Part shown: positions 11,500-26,661 of the stretch, one piece after another | Layout: every line of letters begins with the position of its first letter | Position numbering within the stretch: position 1 is the first letter of the stretch | NCBI GenBank assembly: GCA_965213685.1 | Contig: CBDBZY010000064.1 | Location: 32,001-96,000, forward strand | Reading direction: 5' to 3' | Origin: a bacterium | GTDB lineage: Bacteria; UBA8248 | DNA: 64,000 nt | Notes under the pieces: generated by a model | What the model was told of the DNA's origin: nothing | Database searches by the model: none | The model's input: only the letters and a program-made list of their open reading frames with translations | Program-made: the position numbers and the translations under genes

Positions 11500-13212
11500 G
11501 GAGCTGCGATTGAGCTAATCCCTCCAGGCTGCAAGGTAATAGCCTTAGGTGACTTCAATGCTGATTTGGGTGCCTTGGGAGGCCCCATGTCGTGTTCCAC
11601 CAAATGAACAGGGATCCATCTCCTCATCATACTAAATGCCTGGGACTTTGCCTCTTCACATTTGCACCTCAGCCCTACTAATTCTACATACACGTATGAA
11701 AGTGAAGCACACTCCTCCTTTTCAACCATTGACCACATCATTTGTCCCCGATACATACTTTCTAACTTCTGCTCCTCAAAGGTGCTTGATGACCATCCAC
11801 TAAATACCTCAAACCATCTACCAGTAACTGCAGAGTTTCTATGCTCTCTTTTTACTCCTACTTCTTCCACAACACAGGCCACACAGCAGCCAGTTCCTAA
11901 CTGGAATAAATGCTCAAAAGATGAAATTCGGCAGCTGTACACTGAACCATTACAATCTAGCCCTGCTGATCTCTTCCATCAGTTTCTTTCACAAGCAAAT
12001 GTCCTCTTACAGCCATACCTGTTAGATGATATTCTCCATTCTTTTGGAAAATGTTTGTGAACTAGTGCCATGAACATTCCACAGAAACAATTCCGTAAGC
12101 ATAAGGTTCCCAAGTGGAATCATCGCCTAAAGGAAGCACAACAGAAGAGTAAGCTCCTGTATAAGGAATGGGTATCTGCTGGTCGCCCTTGGTCTGTGAA
12201 TCATCCTGCTCGTGTGGCATATAAAGCAGCAAAGAAAGAGTTTAGAGCATGCCTCCGTCAGCATAGGAGAGATCTTAACACGGAATTTTATGAATCCTTA
12301 GATGAACAATGCTCTGACCCACAACGACTATTCCAATCTATAAGGAACTACACTAATCCTGCTAGTGCAACTTCTACTCCTTCAAAACTTATTGTTAATG
12401 GCTCTCTCTTTCAAGGGGACTCTATACTGGATGGTTGGGCTAACTACTTTGTGTCTCTCAGCATTCCACATGACACATATTTCACTCCAACTCAGCTAGA
12501 TCTTGTCTATGAATATCAATCCATCTGTTCCACTGCCAGTGGGTGCTCTGATGTGTTTGTCCTGGATGAAGTGACTGATGCAATTTGCTCCCTTTCGCGT
12601 CGTAAAGCAGCTGGACCTGATGGAATAGAGAATGAACATCTCATCTTTGGTGGTTCAATGGTTCCTGTTTGCCTTACCACTATATTTAACTCTATCCTCC
12701 TTTCTGGATATATCCCAGAGTGCTTCAGGTATGCCTATGTAATACCAATCCTGAAAAGCCATAATAATGATCCTGCAATTCCTTCAAACTATAGAGGAAT
12801 TTCTCTCCTGTCTGCAATTAGCAAAGTGTTTGAGAAGCTTCTACTCTCTCACCTTCACCAGCTAGCCCATTCACTTAACCCACTTCAAGAAGGTTTTCGT
12901 GTGGGATACAGCTGTCTGCATACGGCCTTTGTTCTACAAGAGGCTATTGCTTCTCGATGGAAGAAGAGTAAGAAAGTTTACATTGCTTTTCTTGATGCTA
13001 AAAAGGCCTTTGATACAGTGTGGCATATTGGCCTCATGGTGAAACTTCGCCGAATAAATATTCCCTCATATATCTGGCATCTACTGAATAACTGGTACAG
13101 CAGCTCATCAGCATCAGTGCGATGGAATAACAACAATTCAAGACCATTTCCTATCAAGCAAGGTGTGAGGCAAGGAGCTATTCTCTCCCTGTGTATGTTA
13201 ACAATCTTCTAA
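11500..13212 (+). pseudogene. Non-LTR retrotransposon (RTEX-like) ORF2 fragment, APE endonuclease end plus RT
   Basis: LGDFNA, TIDHI, SNHLPV, KAAGPDG, NYRGISLL, FLDAKKAFDTVWH, GVRQG; in-frame stops; truncated at both ends. Confidence 0.9.
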
Positions 13213-13483
13213 ACTATCAATCATCACTTCCATCTCCATCTGTTTTCTGGAATCTATCACTAGTGCTATATGGCTTATCATTAAGAGACAGGCCAACAGT
13301 TTCCAGCTTTTCATAGTATCTCTTCCTGGACTGGTAGTCCAATGGGTTGACATAACCATTACTCATGGTACTGCCACTGACAAGGCGATACACTAGCACT
13401 AGCCGACTAGCACTCCATGCACTCTTTGCCAACCACCAGGTTTTGTGCACAGTTTTAAGCCATTGCAGTGGAACCTCCCTATA

Positions 13484-15683
13484 CACTGCAAAAACTACAT
13501 AGTTAGTTTAACGTACATAAAACTGAATTTAACAATAACTGAATTTAACATACATAAATGCAGTTAATTTAACAATAACTGAATTTAACATACATAAGTG
13601 CAGTTAAACTAAGGCTACATTTGGTAAAATAACCTAGGGTAGTTGTAATAACTATTATCATGTGATTACAACCCTAATAAAGTTGTATTAACTATATGAA
13701 TATTAAAGTAACCAAACTTGGTTAAATTACATTCATCCATGGAGATAAAATTAAGTACTTCAGCACTGAAATTAACCATTTTGCACAACAATTCTTGAAA
13801 CACACTACATCTGATCACACACATTATCTACAGTTCCAGATGGTGCTTTAGTGTTACATAGAGATATTCAGGGATGAAAGAAAGACTCCAAGAGTGAAAG
13901 ACAAAAGGGTCTCTTAGTGATGTCACAGGGAGAACTGACTGAAAGATGTGACGTAGTGATTGAAACCCACCGGGGGTGGCACAAATTTCTTCACTAACAC
14001 CATGTTTTGTTAGGTGTTGGGTGTCAATAGCTTTTTTCTTGTTCAAATTTAACTTGAGTTCGACTTGAATGCAAGTATTGATGACAGTCTCGCAGTTGGA
14101 GTCTACGCATCAGTGCTTGTAGCCGCAAACACTGTGCATGCGCACTAAGTTTCAGCCAGCATGTGAACAGCTGCGTTCAAAGGGATCTCGTGAATGCTGC
14201 AGCTGCTTGGTGCACCTTTGGCAGATGGCTGAATTTACTCTTCCTCATGAAGATTCGTCGCCAGAAGATGTTGCCAGTTGGCTGCAGGAGTAACGGAATA
14301 CCTGAGGAATACTGTACAGCTTTTAGTGGTAAGCTTTCTGTCCCTTTTTAGGGAGCCGGCAGAGGTGCGCCTGGGTAGCGGAGTAGCGGAGGCGGGTGTT
14401 CGCCCGGCAGCTCTTGCCCCCCTAGACTTGTCTTCATGACCACCCCGCGCACGCATGAGCAGGAGGGGTAAATTCACTACTAAATTGATTGGTTGGTTTT
14501 TCATCTTTCCTTAGATATATGTCCGACATATGCTGGAGCTTTTTCTCCGCACTCAAGGGCCAGCAGTGGTGAGTGTTTTTTTCCCAAACCATACACAGTT
14601 ACATAATTGTATGGGATACAACTAAGTGTTAGCTTCTTCATATTGTGAAAGGTATATTTACCAGTATACCTGATATACCTTACCATGGACATTAGGTTGA
14701 GCAGGACATGGAGCTGTTCATGCAGCAGAAAGGTATTGTTCAAAACACTGCAAATACCTTGGAGAGAAACTTGGATGCCAGCTGTGTTAGAATTGGAGAG
14801 AAGTTCCTCCATTCAGACACTCCTGGAGAAGTACAAGAGTGACGAGACAGGTATATACTTATAGCTGAACATGTTGCCATCTTTTTCTCTGTGATGACTT
14901 CCATGGGCATCTTTCTCATCTGCTTTCTACATTTCTTACAGATAATGACAAAGACGTTCTTCATGCTGTGAAGGTTCTGGTGGCACTTTACTTAGCTAAG
15001 GCCGAAAAAAACTTGGACACTTTGATCCATCTATATGAGAAATATGAGGTATAGGATAAAAATAGCATGGTCTTTCATCTAGACCAAGATATTTACTTTT
15101 ACAGATGTTTACTATATACAATGGAGGAGGCAGCAACAAAGGAGCCACAGCGAACCTCTCCCTGTATTGCAGCCTTCAATAGGGACAATGCCAAGCAGTA
15201 TTTCTCCTTCATGTCTTCTGTGAGGCACCTAACCTCTCAGCAACACTTATTTTGTGGTTTTATAATTATATATAGTTTGGTATCTTTTGTTGTACGTGCT
15301 GATAACCTGTTACCACAGTTTTTGAAATATAATATTATCTAATCTGTCCTTGGGTTGGAATAACCTATGGTGACCTTGTATGTATCACAACCATAGAAGT
15401 TGTGTTAATAACATCAAAGATTAAAGAAAGCCTGCAGCAAAGTTAAAACAACCACAATAGCATGGTTACAGTAGTGTTTACTATAACTCTGCTTTATGGT
15501 AAATGTCACTTTGCATATATAGTTAAATTAACTTTTCAGCCATATTAAACTAACAAGAAACAATGAAGTTAAGTATTAACCACAAAATATTCAGTTAAAT
15601 TAACTCTGCAGGTGGGTTGTTCCAGTTGCATGCACTTTCATACAAAATATTGGGTGAAATTAACCAAGCAGTTTTTTGCAGTG
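13484..15683. mobile_element. CACTG (EnSpm/CMC-type) non-autonomous DNA transposon
   Basis: TA|CACTGCAAAAACT...AGTTTTTTGCAGTG|TA; subterminal GTTAAATTAAC-like repeats at both ends; decayed internal coding remnants. Confidence 0.85.
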
Positions 15684-15899
15684 TAGTTGGTCCATACTCT
15701 CCTTGAAGGGGTCAGTACAACCAGACCTGCTAGGAAGATAAACTACAATAATAAACAGTGGGCCATCACTGTAATCCAACTTAATGCCAATCATTCATGA
15801 GGAAAGTATGTGGGGCACAGCAGAAATGAGAGAGTCAAGGTTTCTACACTACCCTATGGCAACTCCACTATGTCCTCTTACAAGGTGGGGGATACAATA

Positions 15900-16358
15900 G
15901 ATATTGTAGCCCGTTAGCGTGGGCGTTCAAAGGTGCCGCCAGGGCAATATATCTCATACACGCTCTTTGTCATGTGAACACAGGGAAATATCGATATTTC
16001 CCTGTAGCCACGTGACAAGGGTGCACCGTGTACAGCTCGACAGCAAATACACGCAAAGGTAACGGTCGGGGTACAGGACAGTTATACCATGATAGTCAAG
16101 GCTGTTAGCGGGCTAAAAGCTTGACATACCATGGTAGCTCACGTACAGTTCGACGGCAATCACACGATCAGAGGTAGAATTGAGCTACACAGGATAGCTA
16201 TACCGTGGTAGCCTAAGCTGCTACCGGGCTAGCTAGAGCATGCCTACGGCGGGCTTTATCTGAAACGGTAATATTCCTTAACCCCTCAGGCTTCGCCCTC
16301 GGGGTTAATGAATATTACCACGTGTATTTCTGATAAAGCCCTGGTAGGCATGCTCTAT
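15900..16358. mobile_element. Crypton-like non-autonomous palindromic element
   Basis: About 125-nt hairpin at 16234-16358 with a GGCTTCGCCCTC loop; palindrome ACAGGGAAATATCGATATTTCCCTGT near 15980. Family assignment from recall. Confidence 0.5.
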
Positions 16359-16660
16359 CCGTAACTTATCTTCAATTTCAGGAGAAGCCATTGCCAAAAA
16401 TTTCAAATTCATATCCAGATCAAATATTGACTTTAGATTATAATTATGCAGCCAGTGTTCAGATAAAGCAATTATGTCAATGTCTGGACTCCAACAAGGA
16501 GGGTGGTGTTGTTCAGACACATGCTAACTATGTAGTTGAAATCATTTTTTCATCATAAGCACTGTAAACCACTCCTCACTGTCATCCATAGCCGTTGCAA
16601 TGAATATAAATATTAACGGTGAAAATTATTGATTACAACACATAAAATACAACTATGTCA

Positions 16661-17184
16661 CAGTGGCGTAGCCAGGGGGGGGCTTAGGGGGCTCGAGCAC
16701 CCCCCTTACTGACTTCAGTCAGACCTAGAGTAGCGGGGAAAGCCTAGCTGTGCTAGACTATTCCTGCTTTCGATGAACTTATTACCTGTGTATGCTAGAG
16801 CATTAGTTACATGCCTTGCAAGAATTGTTAGCGTCAGTTACAGTTACTATAGTGCAAAGTTCAACATAATATACAAGCTGCCCTGTAGTCAGGCTGTATT
16901 TTTCTGGTGGGAGGAGCAAGGGAAAAAATATGGCTGGCTCGCAAGACAAAGCTGCCCTGTTGGTGTACATCGCACACGAAGGAGAGCCTAGGGACGAGGG
17001 GGACGAGGCTACCTTATCCCCAGGCCATTTGCTCGTGCTATCTTTAACCCCTGGCTCAGGATAGCGTCGTCCTCAGGCCCTCCGCTGGAGCAAATTTACG
17101 CACGACCTCTGACCCCCCGTGGACCTATGACGTAATGTGAAGACGTAACTGAGCCCCCTCACAAAAATCCTGGCTACGCCACTG
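16661..17184. mobile_element. hAT-type MITE with 5-bp TSD
   Basis: 16-bp perfect TIR CAGTGGCGTAGCCAGG; TGTCA on both sides. Confidence 0.85.
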
Positions 17185-17324
17185 TGTCATGTATATGTCA
17201 TGGCCAACTTGAATTTTTCTGCATACGACAACGCAGCAGCTAACAACCATCATGCCGCTGACACTTCGCGCCACTCTTTTGCCAACCAGGTGCGCGTTAA
17301 TTTGGAATTTAGCGCCCAGTGTAT

Positions 17325-18104
17325 TAGTCTCGTGAACCAGACCGCATTCCGTGAACGCGCATGTGCGAGCGAAAGGGGGAGGGGAAGAAGGGAAAATACG
17401 GTCTGGCCAAACTCGCCAGGTTTTCGAGGCCACGACAAGATCTTGTCGTGACCAATCAGATTTCAGATCTGCATTGATTGGCGCTATGCGCGTTCCGCGA
17501 AAACCTCAAAGCATGCACATCTTAGTGTGGCATATAATTATGTATGCAAGTGTCTGAGGTGGTAGAGAAGTCTCCATGGCTCGCTATCGAGCTACGAGAC
17601 TACCAGTATCTAGTCTAGCCCTAGTCTAGCCATAGCCGTTCCTCAGCCATATGATCGTATGCTGTAGTCCCTAGCCTAGCCCTTACCCTATTACAAGATG
17701 GAGCCGCAAACTCGGGGACACAGTTTTCTAGGCTTGTTCATCCAGCGCAAAACATGGGAGAATCGTCAGTTGTTAGACGTCGTCATGCTACGTGTACTTC
17801 GGAAAGTTCACCATACTATGCCACCCAACCAACTAATCGTGTCTCCGCTTTCGGCGGCAGTGACATTAGCTGTAGGTCTATCCACGTTTGTGTGTGCCGA
17901 AAAGAACAGACTAGAGCAACAGATAGAGCTGCTGTAGCCAGTGTATGGCGGAGTCTTCCTGGAGTCATGGTTCCTTGAGGTTGCTTATGTATAGTGTTAA
18001 GTTCCTATTGCCAATTATTCACAGGTGACAACATTCCAAGCGGAAACGAAAACCTGGCGAGTTTGGCCAGACCGTATTTTCCGACGGTCTGGTTCACGAG
18101 ACTA
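17325..18104. mobile_element. AcademH-type non-autonomous DNA transposon
   Basis: TIR TAGTCTCGTGAACCAGACCG, a 33-bp subterminal IR (near 17394 and 18047) and 9-bp TSD CCAGTGTAT. Confidence 0.85.
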
Positions 18105-18403
18105 CCAGTGTATGTTGTCGGCACACGCACGAGGTAAGTTTGCTGACATTGATGGATGAAACTCTAACACCCTGCGTAGAGCAAGGGGGAGCTGAATTCA
18201 AAAACGTGCGTGACAAGTCCACTGACTGAGGATTGAGCACACCATGCAGCGTCAGCCGTTGGACGGGAACAACACTACATCAGAAAACTCTAGTCATGAT
18301 GTCTATTTCTCACTCACGATGTTTCTGTCTTTAAGAGAGGAGGTTACCGCCGTGCAGCCAGTCAGGAAAGGTGCGACACGTCGCCAAACAACAGCACGGT
18401 TGT

Positions 18404-18901
18404 TACTAAAACCCAGGACGGGACGGGATGAATCCGGGACATCCCGGCGTCCCGTCCCGCCTACTCAAAATCCGGGACCAATAAACCGAGATCGATATCC
18501 GCCGCGCGCTTTTACGAATCCGGGAAAAGTGTTATACTATAATAGTCGATCAATGGCGAAAGATAATTTTCGTAAAGCAATCTCTCCGCAATCACAGGGG
18601 TAAGCTTACTTTTCATACCGACTCCCAGACAATGGCAACGCCATGATTGAATGTGACACTTGTATGGAATGGTTTCGTGCATCTTGTGTAGGTCTTCGCA
18701 AGAGGCACACTGTGGTTTTGTCGTTTTTGTGAAAGTAATATTTACATAGTCTTGTCATGAACCGTGAAATTTGCAAGGATAGGCCTATATAAGGTGTAAA
18801 GGTATGATGCGATGAAGCACTTGTAGTAGCCACGTGTCCTGCCGAAGCACGCGCCTCGGTACGCGTGAAAAGCTTAGCATAATACGTCCTGGGTTTTAGT
18901 A
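18404..18901 (+). mobile_element. Short TIR element with PHD-finger remnant
   Basis: TIRs TACTAAAACCCAGGACG / CGTCCTGGGTTTTAGTA; MIECDTCMEWFRASCVGL...WFCRFCES at about 18643-18736. Confidence 0.75.
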
Positions 18902-19689
18902 GCACAATATGCTCAAACTTCCGGTTCACCAAAATGGCTGCGTAATCAGGATCTGAGTGCGTTGTGAACTTATCGCTGGGTCCAGGCTCGGTGCCCGAAC
19001 AGAAGTTATTTTTTCCTTTCTTTCCTTCTTCACCTGTGTCAGCAGAGTAATTCATACCATACCATCTCCAGGTGAACTAAGACTTCCAAATGTTATCTGG
19101 ACAGTAAATCCTCCCATCTCGGCTCCTCCCCTGATAGGGAGGCGTTCCGATTGTCCCCTAAAGTGGTTCTGACAGCACAAGATTTGGGGGGTCTGCCAGT
19201 GTGATGCTGGCAGATTCGACAATGACCACTAGTAGTACTTAGGAAAGAATGGGGAGATAAACTTTTGTCCTGGGTAATGGCCTGGTGCTTAGTGTACTGG
19301 ACTCCCAGTCTCTGGGTCCAGGTTTGGTGCTCGGACAGAAGTTTATCTTTCCTTTCTTTCCTTCACCAGCTGTGTCAGCAGAGTAATTCTTAGACTATGG
19401 CTATTCAGCCACGTATCGTTCTCTCAACCCCTGGCACTGAACAGATGTAAAGAAAATTTGTGTAAAACTCTTACAAATTATGCATATGAGTCATAGAGTA
19501 GATGACAATTCTTTGGTCTAGTTACGACCTCCCATTATGGGTTATTTACCCATCACATATCAAGCTCCTGCCATAGCACACACTCTAGTTACTCTGGAGA
19601 CATCCTACACCTTGTGCACATGCATCCCATCTCAAGAGTATATTGCAGAGTGGGAGTGACATGGCATCATTCAGCTGCAACTGAGATAT

Positions 19690-20907
<1,218 letters not shown>

Positions 20908-21050
20908 TACCACGGTTAAAACTAACCATCCCTCCTATCATGTTAAGGGAGAGCTATATGTATGATATGCATATGCAGCAGGCGGTATGGACATTTGAAT
21001 AATAAGTACCTCACATCAAAGTATACAATCAATGCATAAAGGCACAATAT

Positions 21051-22751
21051 CTAAAACTTTCTATGACAGTTACATTTACTATCAACCACCTTTGATGGCC
21101 TTCTATCATGTATGGATATGCAACCTATGTCTGTAGCACTTTTGTTTACCGACTGAAGAAAGTCTTTTAGCTCTTGTTTCAACACTGGTACAAGGTCAGT
21201 GTGCTGGTCAGATATATCAGTTGTTTCTTTAGGATTAGCTACCACATCGTAAAGATTGACACTCTGTATGTTTCCTTTATTGTACTTAACAACAAGTTTT
21301 TGTGAATCGCGTAATACTGCACCATAGAAAGATGAGTTTAAATCTCCCTTTTTAATGTGAAAGGCAAATGCAATTGAGCTATTGCGATGATTGACATCTC
21401 TTTTGAGAAATGGCAGGATAGAGACACCATCTATTGGTCGATCTTGAGGAGGATCAATGTCAAGGATATCACACACAGTCGGTAGCAGGTCATTTGTCAC
21501 CACAGGATAATTGGACTTTTGATTGGCTTTAATCACTGCTGGCCATTCTAATATTGCAGGTACTCGAATACCACCTTCAAACACTGTCCCTTTCTCTCCT
21601 CTCAAACCAGCTGTAGAGCCTGGAGTGCCTTTCTGTGGGCCATTGTCACTTGAGAACCACACAAATGTGTTGTTCTTAATGCCATATGTTTCCAGTAAAC
21701 CTCTGACTCTCCCTATTGCTTGGTCCAGTTGTGATATAGCTCCATAGTAATGGGTAACATCTCCTGAGTAACCTTGTTTTCTGTACATAGTGTAGTAGGG
21801 ATCAAGAGCATAGTACACACGATGCACGTCATGAAATGCAAGTATGACAAAAAATGGCTTTTCACTAGAATGCGATTCTTGAAGATATTTCTCAAACATG
21901 TCCAAAATAAAATCTGAATCTCCAATTATGGAGTCGTGGTAGGCTTGCAATTTATCTGACTTTTTATCCATGTAGTGATAGTCTTTGCAGGCGTCTTGTC
22001 CATAGAATCTCTTCTGAACAGTGCAACTGAAGTGTTTTGAGCATTGGCAGTTTGGTGCCACAGAGGATGTGTATCTTAGAGTTACTAACCACTGGTCAAA
22101 ACCATGCATGCCAGGATGGGACACAGGCCACTTCTTGTTACCCCCTTCAATAACTTTCAAATCACCAACATGCCATTTCCCAAATATGGCAGTTTTGTAG
22201 CCTTCGTTCTTCAGAAGTTCAGGTAGTGTTACTTCAGAGGTAGGTAGGGGCATAGAACAGGGGCATTTGCCATCATTACATGGATTACCCAGATCTGCGT
22301 GCCAGATACAGTATCGATTGTGGTTACGTCCTGTCAACAGAGTGCCTCTGGTTGGTGAGCAAACAGGACCTCCCAAATAAAACCTCGTTAGGAGGACACT
22401 GTTTGGTCCTCGGGCCATTTGGTTGAGATTTGGTGTCTTAGCCTTTCCTCCATTATACTCCACGTCACCATAGCCCAGGTCATCAGCTAATAAGTACAGA
22501 ATATTTGGGTGGTGCAATGAATTCTTGTGTCTGTTAAGTTGTGAATTTTTGTCCTCTATAGGAAATCTAAATTGTTTTTTTACATTAGCTGATGTCATAC
22601 TTGTGTTTGAAATCTTGTCTTCCTTACTGTCTACTCTTTTCATTGAAGTAACACCATTGACATCTCCTAGTGCACTGTACAACACAGATACTAAGATACT
22701 CATCACCATTGCCGCTACTACTATTGCCACTCTGAAATCTCCCACTTTCAT
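21051..22751 (-). CDS. S1 arylsulfatase-family protein, paralog 2 (566 aa, N-terminal membrane anchor)
   Basis: Intact single-exon CDS; LADDLGYGD, CSPTRGTLLTG, GKWH, SDNG, GEKGTVFEGGIRVP; hydrophobic segment right after MKVGDFR. Confidence 0.93.
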   Translation of the reverse strand: MKVGDFRVAIVVAAMVMSILVSVLYSALGDVNGVTSMKRVDSKEDKISNTSMTSANVKKQFRFPIEDKNSQLNRHKNSLHHPNILYLLADDLGYGDVEYNGGKAKTPNLNQMARGPNSVLLTRFYLGGPVCSPTRGTLLTGRNHNRYCIWHADLGNPCNDGKCPCSMPLPTSEVTLPELLKNEGYKTAIFGKWHVGDLKVIEGGNKKWPVSHPGMHGFDQWLVTLRYTSSVAPNCQCSKHFSCTVQKRFYGQDACKDYHYMDKKSDKLQAYHDSIIGDSDFILDMFEKYLQESHSSEKPFFVILAFHDVHRVYYALDPYYTMYRKQGYSGDVTHYYGAISQLDQAIGRVRGLLETYGIKNNTFVWFSSDNGPQKGTPGSTAGLRGEKGTVFEGGIRVPAILEWPAVIKANQKSNYPVVTNDLLPTVCDILDIDPPQDRPIDGVSILPFLKRDVNHRNSSIAFAFHIKKGDLNSSFYGAVLRDSQKLVVKYNKGNIQSVNLYDVVANPKETTDISDQHTDLVPVLKQELKDFLQSVNKSATDIGCISIHDRRPSKVVDSKCNCHRKF

Positions 22752-23604
22752 AGTTTGGTGAGGAGACACACCTGCAGCTGTAGTACAGAAGGAAGGAACA
22801 ATGGTAGGAAGTGATCTCTCTACATAAGCAGGGTACATATACACAAACACAGCCTTGGTGTGGGCCGTGTATAAGCACAAGACATACATGCCCCCTGCAA
22901 AAATTCCATGGTTATTTTAACCATGGTTTTCTCAGTTGCATGGTTTGCTCAGTTGTATGTATATACTGATAATCATCAGTATTACTGAAACTGAAAGGGT
23001 TAACAAATAAACGTAATGTCTCTCATATGCACTACTAGGAGTTAGTTCTAGTGCACCAAACTCATTGTTAATGGCACTGTACTTTTTCAGTTACTGTGCA
23101 TTATATTGTAGCATCATAGTGTACAGGAAGAGAGAGATAATCATCAGTATCACAAGAAGTAAAGTGGTTAACGAAAATATTTATGCACTAGCCACCAATG
23201 CCATGTACCTGCATGTGCAATATCATGATTAATGGTACTACGGTTTTTGAGTTTTGTTTCTTCAACCGGAAGGAGAAGAAGAAGAAGAAGAAGAAGAAGA
23301 AGAAGATGGACAATTTGTGAAATGCAATTTTGCATATAAAACACACCTTATATAGCATTTTCCCACAATTTTTAAGGTACAGTTAACATTTTGCATGCTC
23401 TTAACTTGGATACCACTAGAAGTCAGATTGCTGCCATAGTGAAAGTGAAAATTGCAAATTTCAAATGTACAGGTTTGATGCTGAGGACCCTGGCCAATTC
23501 CTATATACACCTACTACTGTAGGTGTGATTATAGCTAAGAGCTTCCTGCGCACAGAGAATGCAGTAGAAGTACTTACATGGGTATGCTTGACAAACTGAA
23601 TTAT

Positions 23605-24862
<1,258 letters not shown>

Positions 24863-24887
24863 TAGCTATGTGTATATACATATATGT

Positions 24888-26080
24888 ACAAGTATGGAAA
24901 ACATTTTCCAAAAATGTAGAGGGATGTAGGGATGGCAGTGCCGAAAACGGCGGAAACTAGGTGTAGAGATGGCAGTGTACAGGAAAGACAGGTTATAAAA
25001 AGACTACACAAGCAACCCCATCCCTACATCTTTCTTTTTACTTGAAATTGTTCTGTGAGTTTAGCTATGAAAATTCTGGGAACATCAATGCCATGTGGTG
25101 AGAAAAAGAAAGATGTAGGGATGGGGTTGCTTGTGTAGTCTTTTTATAACCTGTCTTTCCTGTACACTGCCATCTCTACACCTAGTTTCTGCCGTTTTGG
25201 CACTGCCATCCCTACATCCCTCTACATTTTTGGAAAATGTTTTTCATACTTGTTTGTGTACTTTTTCTTGTATAATAGTACACAAAATATTATTGCAAGT
25301 TTCATCCAACAAACATATAGGTGATCAGAGCAGCCATTGCTACTAGTCAGCGGCGGAGATACGGGTGGGCCTTAAACCTCATGATCAGTCACTTACGAAG
25401 TTGGGAGGCTGAGCCCCTCTAAAAAGTCCTGAGCTAGAGTAGTTTCCTCAGTGTATCTGACTAGCTAACTCATACCAGTTACATTGAAGTTCGTTGTACA
25501 ATTGTACGGCGAAGTAAGAACGCGCTGTTTTCAGTGACAAAAGATCGAGTAGCCTTTGCTATGTCAAGCCATCGAGAAATTAATAGGCGTGGCTTCGCGA
25601 GGCCCCCCTCACATGCTTACAATTTGCGCCACGTGACAATAATTATTAGAAAATGGCTTCCAAATATGGCAAAGTTGTCTGGGGCTCTAGATTCTGCCCA
25701 TAGTAGAGAAGATACTAACATTTTGTTAGCGCAGATCATACTTCGTAGTGATTACAGTGGATCTGTGAAAGAACTATGGTGATTACTTCAGCCAGTTTTG
25801 AGTAAAGTCGTTTGAAAGATATCTCGTAAGAAGAAGAAGAAGAAGAAGAATAAGAAAGAAAAACAAAATTACCTTTCGTCCATTATCTGGCAGTAAGTCA
25901 AGGAATGCATTCTAACTACTTGTGGGGTATCGTTGGGTAGAGAATCGGTTGAATAGGCCATTCGCGTGCCGAGAAAGGCTTAAAACGCGAGTGTTCGAGA
26001 GCTAAGAAGGCTTTCCAATGTACGCGCACTATGGGAGTGTCGGCGCCATCCCTACATAGAGAGTCTGCCGACTCTCTGAT
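24888..26080 (+). mobile_element. Hairpin-ended HINE/Helentron-like element, copy C
   Basis: Long IR 24888-25253, (GAA)n tract, 3' subTIR plus stem-loop; close relative of 62877-64000. Confidence 0.9.
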
Positions 26081-26169
26081 ACATGTATGTAGACAAACTC
26101 TAGCAAACACTGCCGGAACATCATGCTTTCTTGCAGGACTCTTATACAAAGGCTCTACACTTCATTCAG

Positions 26170-26340
26170 AGCTATATACGTGCTGCAGCTCACATATAAG
26201 TGACTGTTTGTATACCAGCCTCTAGAATGGTAGTGCTAGTGTTCCGCTCATGTGACATCTCAAATGCCTGTTGAGTGGAACGGTTCTAGACGCTGGTATA
26301 CAAAGTCACTTGTATGTACGCTGTAGCACGTATATAGCTC
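26170..26340. mobile_element. Small foldback/MITE
   Basis: GAGCTATATACGTGCT...AGCACGTATATAGCTC; arms pair over most of the 170 nt. Confidence 0.7.
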
Positions 26341-26661
26341 AATGAGCTATAGACATGTATGATGTTCAGTGTTCAGTGTACATCAGGAGTGGTAAGTGCA
26401 ACATTGCAAAGAAATCAGTGACAAAACCAGCCTTTGCTAGGTTCCCAGGTCTGTATGGGGAAATTCTAAGTTGGTCCAGGTGGGATCCCCTTAGCACTCC
26501 ACAACTTGTAATAAGGGCTCTCTGCTCTGCCATGCCAGTTACTTACATACATGTACATGTGGCAGTGCATTACACAATAAGTCATGTGAATGCATACTGG
26601 TGATAGTGGGCAACATAAATCAGAATTTACTGTACTGTAAAAATGATGTATAGTGCAGGCT

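Noticed and set aside
22752-22889. N-terminal ORF extensions of the sulfatases (also 9911-10084 and 28366-28509)
   Set aside because: They start at different, partly non-ATG codons, cross a splice-acceptor-like site, and would displace the anchor; MKVGDF is the shared start.
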